Shown one piece after another: positions 26,601 to 42,000 of a DNA stretch of 64,000 bases. Source of the stretch: Balanoglossus misakiensis. Taxonomy: Eukaryota; Animalia; Hemichordata. The notes under the pieces are model-generated. The model saw nothing but the letters and a program-made list of their open reading frames with translations, had not been told where the DNA came from and did no database searches. The DNA lies in the NCBI GenBank assembly GCA_040954595.2, contig CM082597.2, positions 6,969,849 through 7,033,848 on the forward strand, in the 5' to 3' direction. The first letter of the stretch is position 1; every line of letters starts with the position of its first letter. A program made the translations under genes and the position numbers.

Positions 26601-28626
26601 ACAGTACCAGTACTTAGCAAATTCACCCAACAATATAATAGTTGTATTCAGCCACTCCCTTGGTCTCTCCCTTGATCAGATCTATATGGACTTGTGGAAA
26701 CTTAAACAATGGCAGTTCATTCGACTATTTAGTAAGAGACCAGTTGCTTCAGGTCAGTGGTTTTGTATATAACTCCATATGGTTGTCTTTTTCTCAATAA
26801 CCTACAGCCAAGGGTGTCGTAGAGTTTTGATAAAATGTTTTGTCCAATGTCACATCATCAAATATGGGAGAATATTTTAATATCCCCAATGATGTACTTT
26901 GATTAGGTACAAGTATATTGTTGTGAATTTCTCAAAAATGGAACATTTACAATTTAAATGTTTAATTGATCCACAATCACACCACTCAAGTAATCTCAAA
27001 TTAGAGTTACCATGGTGGCAGGGGTAGTGTATTAGTGTGTGCCTTTCTTAATATGGAAGAGAATCCACAGTACCGGTAGTTGATGTTTTAAAATTCAGGT
27101 GACAATCAATTAAATGATTTGTTTCCCTAGCCACAATAGCTGCCACGTTTAACTTATGTTTAATCAGTAGAATTCTTCAGTCTTCTCCTTACCTTTAGTC
27201 AAGAAATGACACTATTTTGACTTTGTGGGGTTTTCAATACCCATGATAGTTTCGATCTCCTCTAATGGGCAATTGATACAAACATACAAACAAACAAATG
27301 TGATAATATTTGTAAACAGATTTTTCAAGCATTTTTTTTATTATATCAATCAATAACATCAAACAAACAAACAAATAAACATACACACTACAAACAGAGA
27401 GCTCTCACAGCCGACAGTTCACTACAGGCTCCCAACTGATTCCCCCTCAACAGTTTAGCTCAGCCCTATATGAAGTTGTGTAGCGAACCTCTCGCCTGGT
27501 ACACATGCAATCAGAGTATAAGCCTGCATGGACGAAGAGATGGGCTGTGAGAGAGTCTACGTTATTGTAAGCCTAGCTGTCTTCAGTGGAAAGGTTTATG
27601 ACACTGTAGACCAATCACAGTCTGTCTACTTTACCAAACGATCGCGGACCAATCAAATGTTTTGTTGCCAGTACCTTTAGGTGGAGTACAGCTCTATCTG
27701 CCCACACCAATATGTTTCACGAGAACTGACTAGACTTTCAACGCAAATATATGAGACTTCCAGATTTCTGAGCGAGGCCTGTATAGTCTGTGAATTTTCT
27801 TCAACAACCAATTATACAAGAATTGATAATGATTTCCCTCTAACAACACATATTTCTTCGTAATTTAGAATTTAGTACAAGGAAATAGAAATTCCATAAG
27901 TAACCTCAGATGACCTCTGCAATAACTCTGTGGTACTGTTTATCACAGGTGAACAATTAAAAATCCATCAAAATTTTGCACTGATATTGATTCTATTTTC
28001 AGTTATATCACGTTCTCATGCACTTATTTACACTACCTATCCAAAATTATAGCACTTAATTATGCAAAAAAACCTGCAAAAACTCACTTACTTTTTATAG
28101 TGGATGACGACATGAAACTGCAGCACCACCACCCCAGTATAAAGAGTTAATCAATTATTATTAACATCAATAGTTAAACATTTCTGAGACGCCCTTTACA
28201 GTTGGCACTACGTGCTACTTGCTCACCAAAAACTTTGTCAGGAGAGCATTCAATTTAGTAAATAAAACCTAAAATCAGGTCCAATATAATTAAAACAGTA
28301 CTGGGCATGAACTCAGTCCTAGCTTGCCTAGACAACAATTTGTGTGAAAACATGACTAAGAGTTGATGCTTTAAAACACTGTTTAAAACTTGAAGGTACC
28401 TGAAGTCCCACATAAACAGCTTTTAGGTAGAGCAGCGAGCTGGGACAATCTGTTTAGGCTGGTCACAAAGTAATAAAGTCCTACAGGTTAATGTTTAACA
28501 GTCTACTGGTAATTGGCATGTACATGATAAAAAACTTTCAATTGGCTTAGCGACATTCTGAACAGAGGCAACATTCTTTCTCGACTGGAAGTAAGTGTTT
28601 TCTTGATCTCCTGTAATTCTTGATAG

Positions 28627-29652
28627 GGGACCGTTCAGTTTTTACGGCAGGGGGGGGGGGGGGGGGGGGCGGCAAGTTTGTGTCATCGGTTCTCAAAATC
28701 AGGCCGACCCCCCCTTCACCCAGGACCAAAAAATGATGACCCCCCCTTTGACAGACCCAAAAATATGATGGACCCCCCCCCCATGCCCAAAACATTCGCC
28801 GTCCTGATCCTATGTACACTGTATGCAATAAAGGGAATGAGGCTCCTCACACCTCAATTCTATATTTCTTAAAGTATTATTGAAGTATATAATAGTATAT
28901 CGTTGCAATAAAGAAATCTATGAATAAATTAAAATGACAAGTCAATACAATAGTTGCTAGAATTGGTAAAACAAGAAAAGTGGCGGGGTGGGCGTGAAAG
29001 AAAATTTTGTAAAATACGGTGCTCAAAGTTGCAATTTAATGAACTCAAAAGCAGATTAATTCAATGTTAGGGAGGACAAATTTTAATTTTGCTACTCCAC
29101 TCAAAGTAAGCATCGGGGTTGGGGTGGCAAGAAGTCTGCCCGGCCTGGTGCACTAGATAAATGATATGTGGCGAAGAATGGAGGGGGTGTCCCCCTCCCA
29201 CATTTTGTAAAATAAAGGGCGCGAAACTGCATTTTTATGAACTCAAAAGCAAATTATCTCAATGTTTGGGAGGACCAATTTTACTTTTTGCCACTCCACT
29301 CAAAGTTAGAAGATTTGGCGTCATCTTGTCATGACATCATTTATAAAACTTCTAGTATATAGAAGATGCAGCGCTGGTACACTAGACAAACCAGCAAAAA
29401 ATGCAATGTGGCGGAGAATGAAAGGGGTGTCCCCCTCCCACATTAGAAAATTTTGTAAAATAAAGGGTGCGAAACTGCAATTTTGTGGACTCAAAACCAA
29501 AAGTTGGGTGGCAAAAGTATGTGACCCCCCTAAACGTTTAAAAAAAAACAGATGACCCCCCCCCCTTGTGGACTTCAAAATTCAAGTGACCCCCCCCCCC
29601 CTGGATTTTGCCGCCCCCCCCCCCCCCCCGGCCGTAAAAACTGAACGGTCCC
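28627..29652. mobile_element. PIF/Harbinger-like non-autonomous element inside an array unit, copy 1
   Basis: TAG|GGGACCGTTCAGTTTTTACGGC ... GCCGTAAAAACTGAACGGTCCC|TAG. The empty site CTTGATAGGT is present in the other complete units. Confidence 0.9.
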
Positions 29653-32016
29653 TAGGTATGGAAAATATATGCATGAGGAATCATTTAAATTGACTTGTTG
29701 AACATTTTGCTTCAAATTTATAATTTAAGTGGTAAATCTACTAATTCTGGCTGTTCAGTGGTCAGTTTGGGTTGACATTTTAATATAGCTATACTTCCTT
29801 GTAGCAAATTAGAGATCAGGAAAACACACATTTCAATAGAAGGAAAATATTATTGTTCGTAGTACTTTGGGTTGTTCAGCTAAATTCTTAGACTAGGCTT
29901 GAATCATTACGAGTTCTGAAAGTAGTTTAAATTTGTGTTCAAACTTAACTCTCGCTCTCACACCATTTCTTCAGTGACACAGTAGCAGTACTTAGCAAAT
30001 TCACCCAACAATATAATAGTTGTATTCAGCCACTCCCTTGGTCCCTCCCTTGATCAGATCTATATGGACTTGTGGAAACTGAAACAATGGCAGTTCATTG
30101 GACTATTTAGTAAGAGACCAGTTGCTTCATGTCAGTGCATGGTTATGTATATAACTCCATATGGTTGTCTTTTTCTCAATAACCTACAGCCAAGGGTGTC
30201 GTAGAGTTTTGATAAAATGTTTTGTCCAATGTCACATCATCAAATATGGGAGAACATTTTAATATCCCCAATGATGTACTTTGATTAGGTACAAGTATAT
30301 AGTTGTGAATTTCTCAAAAATGGAACATTTACAATTTAAATGTTTAATTGATCCACAATCACACCACTCAAGTAATCACAAATTAGAGTTACCATGGTGG
30401 CAGGGGTAGTGTATTAGTGTGTGCCTTTCTTAATATGGAAGAGAATCCACAGTACCGGTAGTTGATGTTTTAAAATTCAGACGACAATCAATTAAATGAT
30501 TTGTTTCCCTAGCCACAATAGCTGCCACGTTTAACATATGTTTAATCAGTAGAATTCTTCAGTCTTCTCTTTACCTTTTGTGAAGAAATGACACTATTTT
30601 GACTTTGTGGGGTTTTCAATACCCATGATAGTTTTGATCTCCTCTAATGGTCAATTGATACAAACATACAAACAAACAAATGTGATAATATTTGTAAACA
30701 GATTTTTCAAGCATTTTTTTTATTATATCAATCAATAACATCAAACAAACAAATAAACATACACACTACAAACAGAGAGCTCTCACAGCCCACGGTTCAC
30801 TACAGGCTCCTCACTGATTCCCCCTCAACCGTTTAGCAAAGCCCCATATGAAGTTGTGTACCGAACCTCTCGCCTGGTACACATGCAATCAGAGTATAAG
30901 CCTGCATGGACGAAGAGATGGGCTGTGAGAGAGTCTACGTTATTGTAAGCCTAGCTGTCTTCAGTGGAAAGGTTTATGACACTGTAGACCAATCACAGTC
31001 TGTCTACTTTACCAAACGATCGCGGACCAATCAAATGTTTTGTTGCCAGTACCTTTAGGTGGAGTACAGCTCTATCTGCCCACACCAATATGTTTCACGA
31101 GAACTGAGTAGACTTTCAACGCTAATATATGACACTTCCAGATTTCTGAGCGAGGCCTGTATAGTCTGTGAATTTTCTTCAACAACCAATTATACAAGAA
31201 TTGATAATGATTTCCCTCTAACAACACATATTTCTTCGTAATTTAGAATTTAGTACAAGGAAATAGAAATTCCATGAGTAACCTCAGATGACCTCTGCAA
31301 TAACTCTGTGGTACTGTTTCACACAGGTGAACAATTAAAAATCCATCAAAGTTTTGCAGTCATCGATTCTGTTATCAGTTATATCACGTCCTCATGCACT
31401 TATTTACACTACCTATCCAAAATTATAGCGCTTAATTGTGCAAAAAAACCTGCAAAAACTCACTTACTTTTTATAGTGGATGACGACATGAAACTGCAGA
31501 ACCACCACCCCAGTATAAAGAGTTAATCAATTATTATTAACATCAATAGTTAAACATTTCTGAGACGCCCTTTACAGTTGGCACTACGTGCTACTTGCTC
31601 ACCAAAAACTTTGTCAGGAAAGCATTCAATTTAGTAAATAAGACATAAAATCAGGTCCAATATAATTAAAACAGTACTGGGCATGAACTCAGGCCTAGCT
31701 CGCCTAGACAACAGTTTGGGTGAAAACATGACTAAAAGTTGATGCTTTAAAACGCTGTTTAAAACTTGAAGGTACCTGAAGTCCCACATAAACAGCTGTT
31801 AGGTAGAGCAGCGAGCTGGGACAATCTGTTTAGGCTGGTCACAAAGTAATAAAGGCCTACAGGGTTAATGTTTAACAGTCTACTGGTAATTGGCATGTAC
31901 ATGATAAAAAACTTTGGCTCAGCGACATTCTGCACAGAGGTAACATTCTGAACAGAGGCAACATTCTTTCTCGACTGGAAGTAAGTGTTTTCTTGATCTC
32001 CTGTAATTCTTGATAG

Positions 32017-33068
32017 GGGACCGTTCAGATTTTACGGCAGGGGGGGGGGGGCGGCAAGTTTGTGTCATCGGTTCTCAAAATCAGGCCGACCCCCCCCCCC
32101 TTCACCCAGGACCAAAAAATGATAACCCCCCCTTTGACAGACCCAAAAATATGATGACCCCCCCCCCACGCCCAAAACATTCGCCGTCCTGATCCTATGT
32201 ACACTGTATGCAATAAAGGGAATGAGGCTCCTCACACCTCAATTCTATATTTCTTAAAGTATTATTGAAGTATATAATAGTATATCGTTGCAATAAAGAA
32301 ATCTATGAATAAATTAAAATGACAAGTCAATACAATAGTTGCTAGAATCGGTAAAACCAGAAAAGTGGTGGGGTGGGGGTGGGAGTGTCCCCCCCCCTCC
32401 CACATAAGAAAATTTTGTAAAATACGGTGCTCAAAGTTGCAATTTAATGAACTCCAAAGCAAACTAATTCAATGTTAGGGAGGACAAATTTTAATTTTGC
32501 TACTCCACTCAAAGTAAGCATCGGGGTTGGGGTGGCAAGAAGTCTGCCCGGCCTGGTGCACTAGATAAATGATATGTGGCGAAGAATGGAGGGGGTGTCC
32601 CCCTCCCACATGAGAACATTTTGTAAAATAAAGGGCGCGAAACTGCATTTTTATGAACTCAAAAGCAAATTATCTTAATGTTTGGGAGGACCAATTTTAC
32701 TTTTTGCCACTCCACTCAAAGTTAGAAGATTTGGCGTCATCTTGTCATGACATCATTTATAAAACTTCTAGTATATAGAAGATGCAGCGCTGGTACACTA
32801 GACAAACCAGCAAAAAATGCAATGTGGCGGAGAATGAAGGGGGTGTCCCCCTCCCACATTAGAAAATTTTGTAAAATAAAGGGTGCGAAACTGCAATTTT
32901 GTGGACTTAAAACCAAAAGTTGGGTGGCAAAAGTATGTGACCCCCCCTAAACGTTTAAAAAAAAAACAGATGACCCCCCCCTTGTGGACTTCAAAATTCA
33001 AGTGACCCCCCCCCCTGGATTTTGCTGCCCCCCCCCCCCCCCCCCCGGCCGTAAAACTGAACGGTCCC
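32017..33068. mobile_element. PIF/Harbinger-like element, copy 2 (same insertion site in the next unit)
   Basis: Near-identical TIRs, same TAG TSD and same position in the unit as 28627-29652. Confidence 0.9.
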
Positions 33069-36000
33069 TAGGTATGGAAAATATATGCATGAGGAATCAT
33101 TTAAATTGACTTGTTGAACATTTTGCTTCAAATTTATAATTTAAGTGGTAAATCTACTAATTCTGGCTGTTCAGTGGTCACTTCGGGTTGACATTTTAAT
33201 ATAGCTATACTTCCTTGTAGCAAATTAGAGATCAGGAAAACACACATTTTAATAGAAGGAAAATATTATTGTTCGTAGTACTTTGGGTTGTTCAGCTAAA
33301 TTCTTAGACTAGGCTTGAATCATTACGAGTTCTGAAAGTAGTTTAAATTTGTGTTCAAACTTAACTCTTGCTCTCACACCATTTCTTCAGTGACACAGTA
33401 CCAGTACTTAGCAAATTCACCCAACAATATAATAGTTGTATTCAGCCACTCCCTTGGTCCCTCCCTTGATCAGATCTATATGGACTTGTGGAAACTTAAA
33501 CAATGGCAGTTCATTCGACTATTTAGTAAGAGACCAGTTGCTTCAGGTCAGTGGTTTTGTATATAACTCCATATGGTTGTTTTTTTCTCAATAACCTACA
33601 GCCAAGGGTGTCGTAGAGTTTTGATAAAATTTTTTGTCCAATGTCACATCATCAAATATGGGAGAACATTTTAATATCCCCAATGATGTACTTTGATTAG
33701 GTACAAGTATATAGTTGTGAATTTCTCAAAAATGGAACATTTACAATTTAAATGTTTAATTGATCCACAATTACACCACTCAAGTAATCTCAAATTAGAG
33801 TAACCATGGTGGCAGGTGTAGTGTATTAGTGTGTGCCTTTCTTAATATGGAAGAGAATCCACAGTACCGGTAGTTGATGTTTTAAAATTCAGACGACAAT
33901 CAATTAAATGATTTGTTTCCCTAGCCACAATAGCTGCCACGTTTAACATATGTTTAATCAGTAGAATTCTTCAGTCTTCTCTTTACCTTTTGTGAAGAAA
34001 TGACACTATTTTGACTTTGTGGGGTTTTCAATACCCATGATAGTTTCGATCTCCTCTAATGGGCAATTGATACAAACATACAAACAAACAAATGTGATAA
34101 TATTTGTAAACAGATTTTTCAAGCATTTTTTTTATTATATCAATCAATAACATCAAACAAACAAACAAATAAACATACACACTACAAACAGAGAGCTCTC
34201 ACAGCCCACGGTTCACTACAGGCTCCTCACTGATTCCCCCTCAACCGTTTAGCAAAGCCCCATATGAAGTTGCGTAGCGAACCTCTCGCCTGGTACACAT
34301 GCAATCAGAGTATAAGCCTGCATGGATGAAGAGATGGGCTGTGAGAGAGTCTACGTTATTGTAAGCCTAGCTGTCTTCAGTGAAAAGCTTTGTGACACTG
34401 TAGACAGTCTGTCTACTTTACCAAACGATCGCGGACCAATCAAATGTTTTGTTGCCAGTACCTTTAGGTGGAGTACAGCTCTATCTGCCCACACCAATAT
34501 GTTCCACGAGAACTGACTAGACTTTCAACGCAAATATATGAGACTTCCAGATTTCTGAGCGAGGCCTGTATAGTCTGTGAATTTTCTTCAACAACAAATT
34601 ATACAAGAATTGATAATGATTTCCCTCTAACAACACATATTTCTTCGTAATTTAGAATTTAGTACAAGGAAATAGAAATTCCATAAGTAACCTCAGATGA
34701 CCTCTGCAATACCTCTGTATACTTTATCACACAGGTGAACAATTAAAAATCCATCAAAATTTTGCACTGATTTTGATTCTATTTTCAGTTATATCACGTC
34801 CTCATGCACTTATTTACACTACCTATCCAAAATTATAGCGCTTAATTATGAAAAAAAAACCTGCAAAAACTCACTTACTTTTTATAGTGGATGACGACAT
34901 GAAACTGCAGCACCACCTCCCCAGTATAAAGAGTTAATCAATTATTATTAACATCAATAGTTAAACATTTCTGAGACGCCCTTTACAGTTGGCACTACGT
35001 GCTACTTGCTCACCGAAAACTTTGTCAGGAGAGCATTCAATTTAGTAAATAGGACATAAAATCAGGTCCAATATAATTAAAACAGTACTGGGCATGAACT
35101 CAGGCCTAGCTCGCCTAGACAACAGTTTGGGTGAAAACATGACTAAAAGTTGATGCTTTAAAACGCTGTTTAAAACTTGAAGGTACCTGAAGTCCCACAT
35201 AAACAGCTGTAAGGTAGAGCAGCGAGCTGGGACAATCTGTTTAGGCTGGTCACAAAGTAATAAAGGCCTACGGGGTTAATGTTTAACAGTCTACTGGTAA
35301 TTGGCATGTACATGATAAAAAACTTTGGCTCAGCAACATTCTGCACAGAGGCAACATATTCTGAACAGAGGCAACATTCTTTCTCGACTGGAAGTAAGTG
35401 TTTTCTTGATCTCCTGTAATTCTTGATAGGTATGCAAAATATATGCATGAGGAATCATTTAAATTGACTTGTTGAACATTTGTGCTTCAAAATTATAATT
35501 TAAGTGGTAAATCTACTAATTCTGGCTGTTCAGTGGTCACTTTAGGTTGACATTTTAATATAGCTATACTTCCTTGTATCAAATTAGGGATCAGGAAAAC
35601 ACACATTTTAATAGAAGGGAAATATTATTGTTTGTAGTATTTTGGGTTGTTCAGCTAAATTCTTAGACTAGGCTTAAATCATTATGAGTTCTGAAAGTAG
35701 TTTAAATTTGTGTTCAAACTTAACCCTCGCTCTCAGACCATTGCTTCAGTGACGCAGTACCAGTACTTAGCAAATTCACCCAACAATATAATAGTCGTAT
35801 TCAGCCACTGCCGCTGTCCCTCCCTTGATCAGATCTATATGGACTTGTGGAAACTGAAACATATGGCAGTTCATTGGACTATTTAGTAAGAGACCAGTTG
35901 CTTCAGGTCAGTGCATGGTTATGTATATAACTCCATATGGTTGTATTTTTCTCAATAACCTACAGCCAAGGGTGTCGTAGAGTTTTGATAAAATATTTTG

Positions 36001-39000
36001 TCCAATGTCACATCATCAAATATGGGAGAAAATTTTAATATCCCCAATCATGTTCTTTGATTAGGTACATGTATATAGTTATGAATTTCTCAAAAATGGA
36101 ACATTTACAATTTAAATGTTTAATTGATCCACAATCACACCACTCAAGTAATCACAAATTATAGTTACCATGGTGGCAGGGGTAGTGTAAGTGTGTGCCT
36201 TTCTTAATATGGAAGAGAATCCACAGTACCGGTAGTAGATGATGTTTTACAATTGGTGACAATCAGGAGGAATGTATAAACATTGAAATGATATCTGCCC
36301 ACACCAATATGTTTCACGAGAACTGACTAGACTTTCAACACAAATATATGAGACTTCCAGATTTCAGAGCGAGGCCTGTATAGTCTGTGAATTTTCTTCA
36401 ACAACCAATTATACAAGATTTGATAATGATATCCATCCAAAAAGACATGTTTCTTCGTAATTTAGAATTTAGTACAAGGAAATAGAAATTCCATAAGTAA
36501 CCTCAGATGACCTCTGCAATACCTCTGTATACTTTATCACACAGGTGAACAATTAAAAATAATCATAATTTTGCACTGATTTTGATTCTATTTTCAGTTA
36601 TATCACGTCCTCATGTACTTATTTACACTACCTATCCAAAATCATAGGGATTAATTATGCAAAAAAAAACTGCAAAAACTCACTTACTTTTTATAGTGGA
36701 TGACGACATGAAACTGCACCACCACCCCCCAGTATAAAGAGTTAATCAATTATTATTAACATCAATAGTTAAACATTTCTGAGACGCCCTTTACAGTTGG
36801 CACTACGTGATACTTGCTCACCAACAACTTTGTCAGGAGAGCATTCAATTTAATAAATAAGACATAGAATCAGGTCCAATATAATTCAAACAGTACTGGG
36901 CATGAACTCAGGCCTAGCTCGCCTAGACAACAGTTTGGGTGAAAACATGACTAAGAGTTAATGCTTTAAAACGCTGTTTAAAACTTGAAGGTACCTGAAG
37001 TCCCACATAAACAGCTTTTAGGTAGAGCAGCGAGCTGGGACAATCTGTTTAGGCTGGTCACAAAGTAATAAAGTCCTATGGGTTAATGTTTAACAGTCTA
37101 CTGGTAATTGGCATGTACATGATAAAAAACTTTGGCTCAGCGACATTCTGCACAGAGGCAACATATTCTGAACAGAGGCAACATTCTTTCTCGACTGGAA
37201 GTAAGTGTTTTCTTGATCTCCTGTAATTCTTGATAGGTATGGAAAATATATGCATGAGGAATCATTTAAATTGACTTGTTGAACATTTGTGCTTCAAAAT
37301 TATAATTTAAGTGGTAAATCTACTAATTCTGGCTGTTCAGTGGTCACTTTAGGTTGACATTTTAATATAGCTATACTTCCTTGTATCAAATTAGGGATCA
37401 GGAAAACACACATTTTAATAGAAGGGAAATATTATAGTTCGTAGTATTTTGGGTTGTTCAGCTAAATTCACAGACTAGGCTTAAATCATTATGAGTTCTG
37501 AAAGTAGTTTAAATTTGTGTTCGAACTTAACCCTCGCTCTCAGACCATTGCTTCAGTGACGCAGTACCAGTACTTAGCAAATTCACCCAACAATATAATA
37601 GTCGTATTCAGCCAGTGCCTTGGTCCCTCCCTTGATCAGATCTATATGGACTTGTGGAAACTGAAACAATGGCAGTTCATTGGACTATTTAGTAAGAGAC
37701 CAGTTGCTTCAGGTCAGTGCATGGTTATGTATATAACTCCATATGGTTGTATTTTTCTCAATAACCTACAGCCAAGGGTGTCGTAGAGTTTTGATAAAAT
37801 ATTTTGTCCAATGTCACATCATCAAATATGGGAGAAAATTTTAATATCCCCAATCATGTTCTTTGATTAGGTACATGTATATAGTTATGAATTTCTCAAA
37901 AATGGAACATTTACAATTTAAATGTTTAATTGATCCACAATCACACCACTCAAGTAATCACAAATTATAGTTACCATGGTGGCAGGGGTAGTGTAAGTGT
38001 GTGCCTTTCTTAATATGGAAGAGAATCCACAGTACCGGTAGTAGATGATGTTTTACAATTGGTGACAATCAGGAGGAATGTATAAACATTGAAATGATAT
38101 CTGCCCACACCAATATGTTTCACGAGAACTGACTAGACTTTCAACACAAATATATGAGACTTCCAGATTTCAGAGCGAGGCCTGTATAGTCTGTGAATTT
38201 TCTTCAACAACCAATTATACAAGATTTGATAATGATATCCATCCAAAAAGACATGTTTCTTCGTAATTTAGAATTTAGTACAAGGAAATAGAAATTCCAT
38301 AAGTAACCTCAGATGACCTCTGCAATACCTCTGTATACTTTATCACACAGGTGAACAATTAAAAATAATCATAATTTTGCACTGATTTGATTCTATTTTC
38401 AGTTATATCACGTCCTCATGTACTTATTTACACTACCTATCCAAAATCATAGGGATTAATTATGCAAAAAAAACCCTGCAAAAACTCACTTACTTTTTAT
38501 AGTGGATGACGAAATGAAACTGCACCACCACCACCCCCAGTATAAAGAGTTATTCAATTATTATTAACATCAATAGTTAAACATTTCTGAGACGCCCTTT
38601 ACAGTTGGCACTACGTGATACTTGCTCACCAACAACTTTGTCAGGAGAGCATTCAATTTAGTAAATAAGACATAAAATCAGGTCCAATATAATTAAAACA
38701 GTACTGGGCATGAACTCAGGCCTAGCTCGCCTAGACAAAAGTTTGGGTGAAAACATGACTAAAAGTTGATGCTTTAAAACGCTGTTTAAAACTTGAAGGT
38801 ACCTGAAGTCCCACATAAACAGCTTTTAGGTAGAGCAGCGAGCTGGGACAATCTGTTTAGGCTGGTCACAAAGTAATAAAGTCCTATGGGTTAATGTTTA
38901 ACAGTCTACTGGTAATTGGCATGTACATGATAAAAAACTTTGGCTCAGCGACATTCTGCACAGAGGCAACATATTCTGAACAGAGGCAACATTCTCTCTC

Positions 39001-42000
39001 GACTGGAAGTAAGTGTTTTCTTGATCTCCTGTAATTCTTGATAGGTATGCAAAATATATGCATGAGGAATCATTTAAATTGACTTGTTGAACATTTGTGC
39101 TTCAAAATTATAATATAAGTGGTTAATCTACTAATTCTGGCTGTTCAGTGGTCACTTTAGGTTGACATTTTAATATAGCTATACTTCCTTGTATCAAATT
39201 AGGGATCAGGAAAACACACATTTTAATAGAAGGGAAATATTATTGTTTGTAGTATTTTGGGTTGTTCAGCTAAATTCACAAACTAGGCTTGAATCATTAT
39301 GAGTTCTGAAAGTAGTTTAAATTTGTGTTCAAACTTAACCCTCGCTCTCAGACCATTTCTTCAGTGACGCAGTACCAGTACTTAGCAAATTCACCCAACA
39401 ATATAATAGTCGTATTCAGCCACTGCCGCTGTCCCTCCCTTGATCAGATCTATATGGACTTGTGGAAACTGAAACATATGGCAGTTCATTGGACTATTTA
39501 GTAAGAGACCAGTTGCTTCAGGTCAGTGCATGGTTATGTATATAACTCCATATGGTTGTATTTTTCTCAATAACCTACAGCCAAGGGTGTCGTAGAGTTT
39601 TGATAAAATATTTTGTCCAATGTCACATCATCAAATATGGGAGAAAATTTTAATATCCCCAATCATGTTCTTTGATTAGGTACATGTATATAGTTATGAA
39701 TTTCTCAAAAATGGAACATTTACAATTTAAATGTTTAATTGATCCACAATCACACCACTCAAGTAATCACAAATTAGAGTTACCATGGTGGCAGGGGTAG
39801 TGTAAGTGTGTGCCTTTCTTAATATGGAAGAGAATCCACAGTACCGGTAGTTGATGATGTTTTAAAATTGGTGACAATCAGGAGGAATGTATAAACATTG
39901 AAATGATATCTGCCCACACCAATATGTTTCACGAGAACTGACTAGACTTTCAACACAAATATATGAGACTTCCAGATTTCAGAGCGAGGCCTGTATAGTC
40001 TGTGAATTTTGTTCAACAACCATTAATACAAGATTTGATAATGATATCCATCCAAAAAGACATGTTTCTTCGTAATTTAGAATTTAGTACAAGGAAATAG
40101 AAATTCCATAAGTAACATCAGATGACCTATGCAATACCTCTGTATACTTTATCACACAGTTGAACAATTAAAAATAATCATAATTTTGCAGTGATATTGA
40201 TTCTATTTTCAGTTATATCACGTCCTCATGTACTTATTTACACTACCTATCCAAAATCATAGGGATTAATTATGCAAAAAAAAACTGCAAAAACTCGCTT
40301 ACTTGTTATAGTGGATGACGACATGAAACTGCACCACCACCCCCAGTATAAAGAGTTAATCAAGTATTATTAACATCAATAGTTAAACATTTCTGAGACG
40401 CCCTTTACAGTTGGCACTGCGTGATACTTGCTCACCAACAACTTTGTCAGGAGAGCATTCAATTTAGTAAATAAGACATAAAATGAGGTCCAATATAATT
40501 CAAACAGTACTGGGCATGAACTCAGGCCTAGCTCGCCTAGACAACAGTTTGGGTGAAAACATGACTAAGAGTTGATGCTTAAAAACGCTGTTTAAAACTT
40601 GAAGGTAACTGAAGTCCCACATAAACAGCTTTTAGGTAGAGCAGCGAGCTGGGACAATCTGTTTAGGCTGGTCACAAAGTAATAAGGTCCTACGGGTTAA
40701 TGTTTAACAGTCTACTGGTAATTGGCATGTACATGATAACAAACTTTGGCTCAGCGACATTCTGCACAGAGGCAACATATTCTGAACAGAGGCAACATTC
40801 TCTCTCGACTGGAAGTAAGTGTTTTCTTGATCTCCTGTAATTCTTGATAGGTATGCAAAATATATGCATGAGGAATCATTTAAATTGACTTGTTGAACAT
40901 TTGTGCTTCAAAATTATAATTTAAGTGGTTAATCTACTAATTCTGGCTGTTCAGTGGTCACTTTAGGTTGACATTTTAATATAGCTATACTTCCTTGTAT
41001 CAAATTAGGGATCAGGAAAACACACATTTTAATAGAAGGGAAATATTATTGTTTGTAGTATTTTGGGTTGTTCAGCTAAATTCACAAACTAGGCTTGAAT
41101 CATTATGAGTTCTGAAAGTAGTTTAAATTTGTGTTCAAACTTAACCCTCGCTCTCAGACCATTTCTTCAGTGACGCAGTACCAGTACTTAGCAAATTCAC
41201 CCAACAATATAATAGTCGTATTCAGCCACTGCCGCTGTCCCTCCCTTGATCAGATCTATATGGACTTGTGGAAACTGAAACATATGGCAGTTCATTGGAC
41301 TATTTAGTAAGAGACCAGTTGCTTCAGGTCAGTGCATGGTTATGTATATAACTCCATATGGTTGTATTTTTCTCAATAACCTACAGCCAAGGGTGTCGTA
41401 GAGTTTTGATAAAATATTTTGTCCAATGTCACATCATCAAATATGGGAGAAAATTTTAATATCCCCAATCATGTTCTTTGATTAGGTACATGTATATAGT
41501 TATGAATTTCTCAAAAATGGAACATTTACAATTTAAATGTTTAATTGATCCACAATCACACCACTCAAGTAATCACAAATTAGAGTTACCATGGTGGCAG
41601 GGGTAGTGTAAGTGTGTGCCTTTCTTAATATGGAAGAGAATCCACAGTACCAGTAGTTGATGATGTTTTAAAATTGGTGACAATCAGGAGGAATGTATAA
41701 ACATTGAAATGATATCTGCCCACACCAATATGTTTCACGAGAACTGACTAGACTTTCAACACAAATATATGAGACTTCCAGATTTCAGAGCGAGGCCTGT
41801 ATAGTCTGTGAATTTTGTTCAACAACCATTAATACAAGATTTGATAATGATATCCATCCAAAAAGACATGTTTCTTCGTAATTTAGAATTTAGTACAAGG
41901 AAATAGAAATTCCATAAGTAACATCAGATGACCTATGCAATACCTCTGTATACTTTATCACACAGGTGAACAATTAAAAATAATCATAATTTTGCAGTGA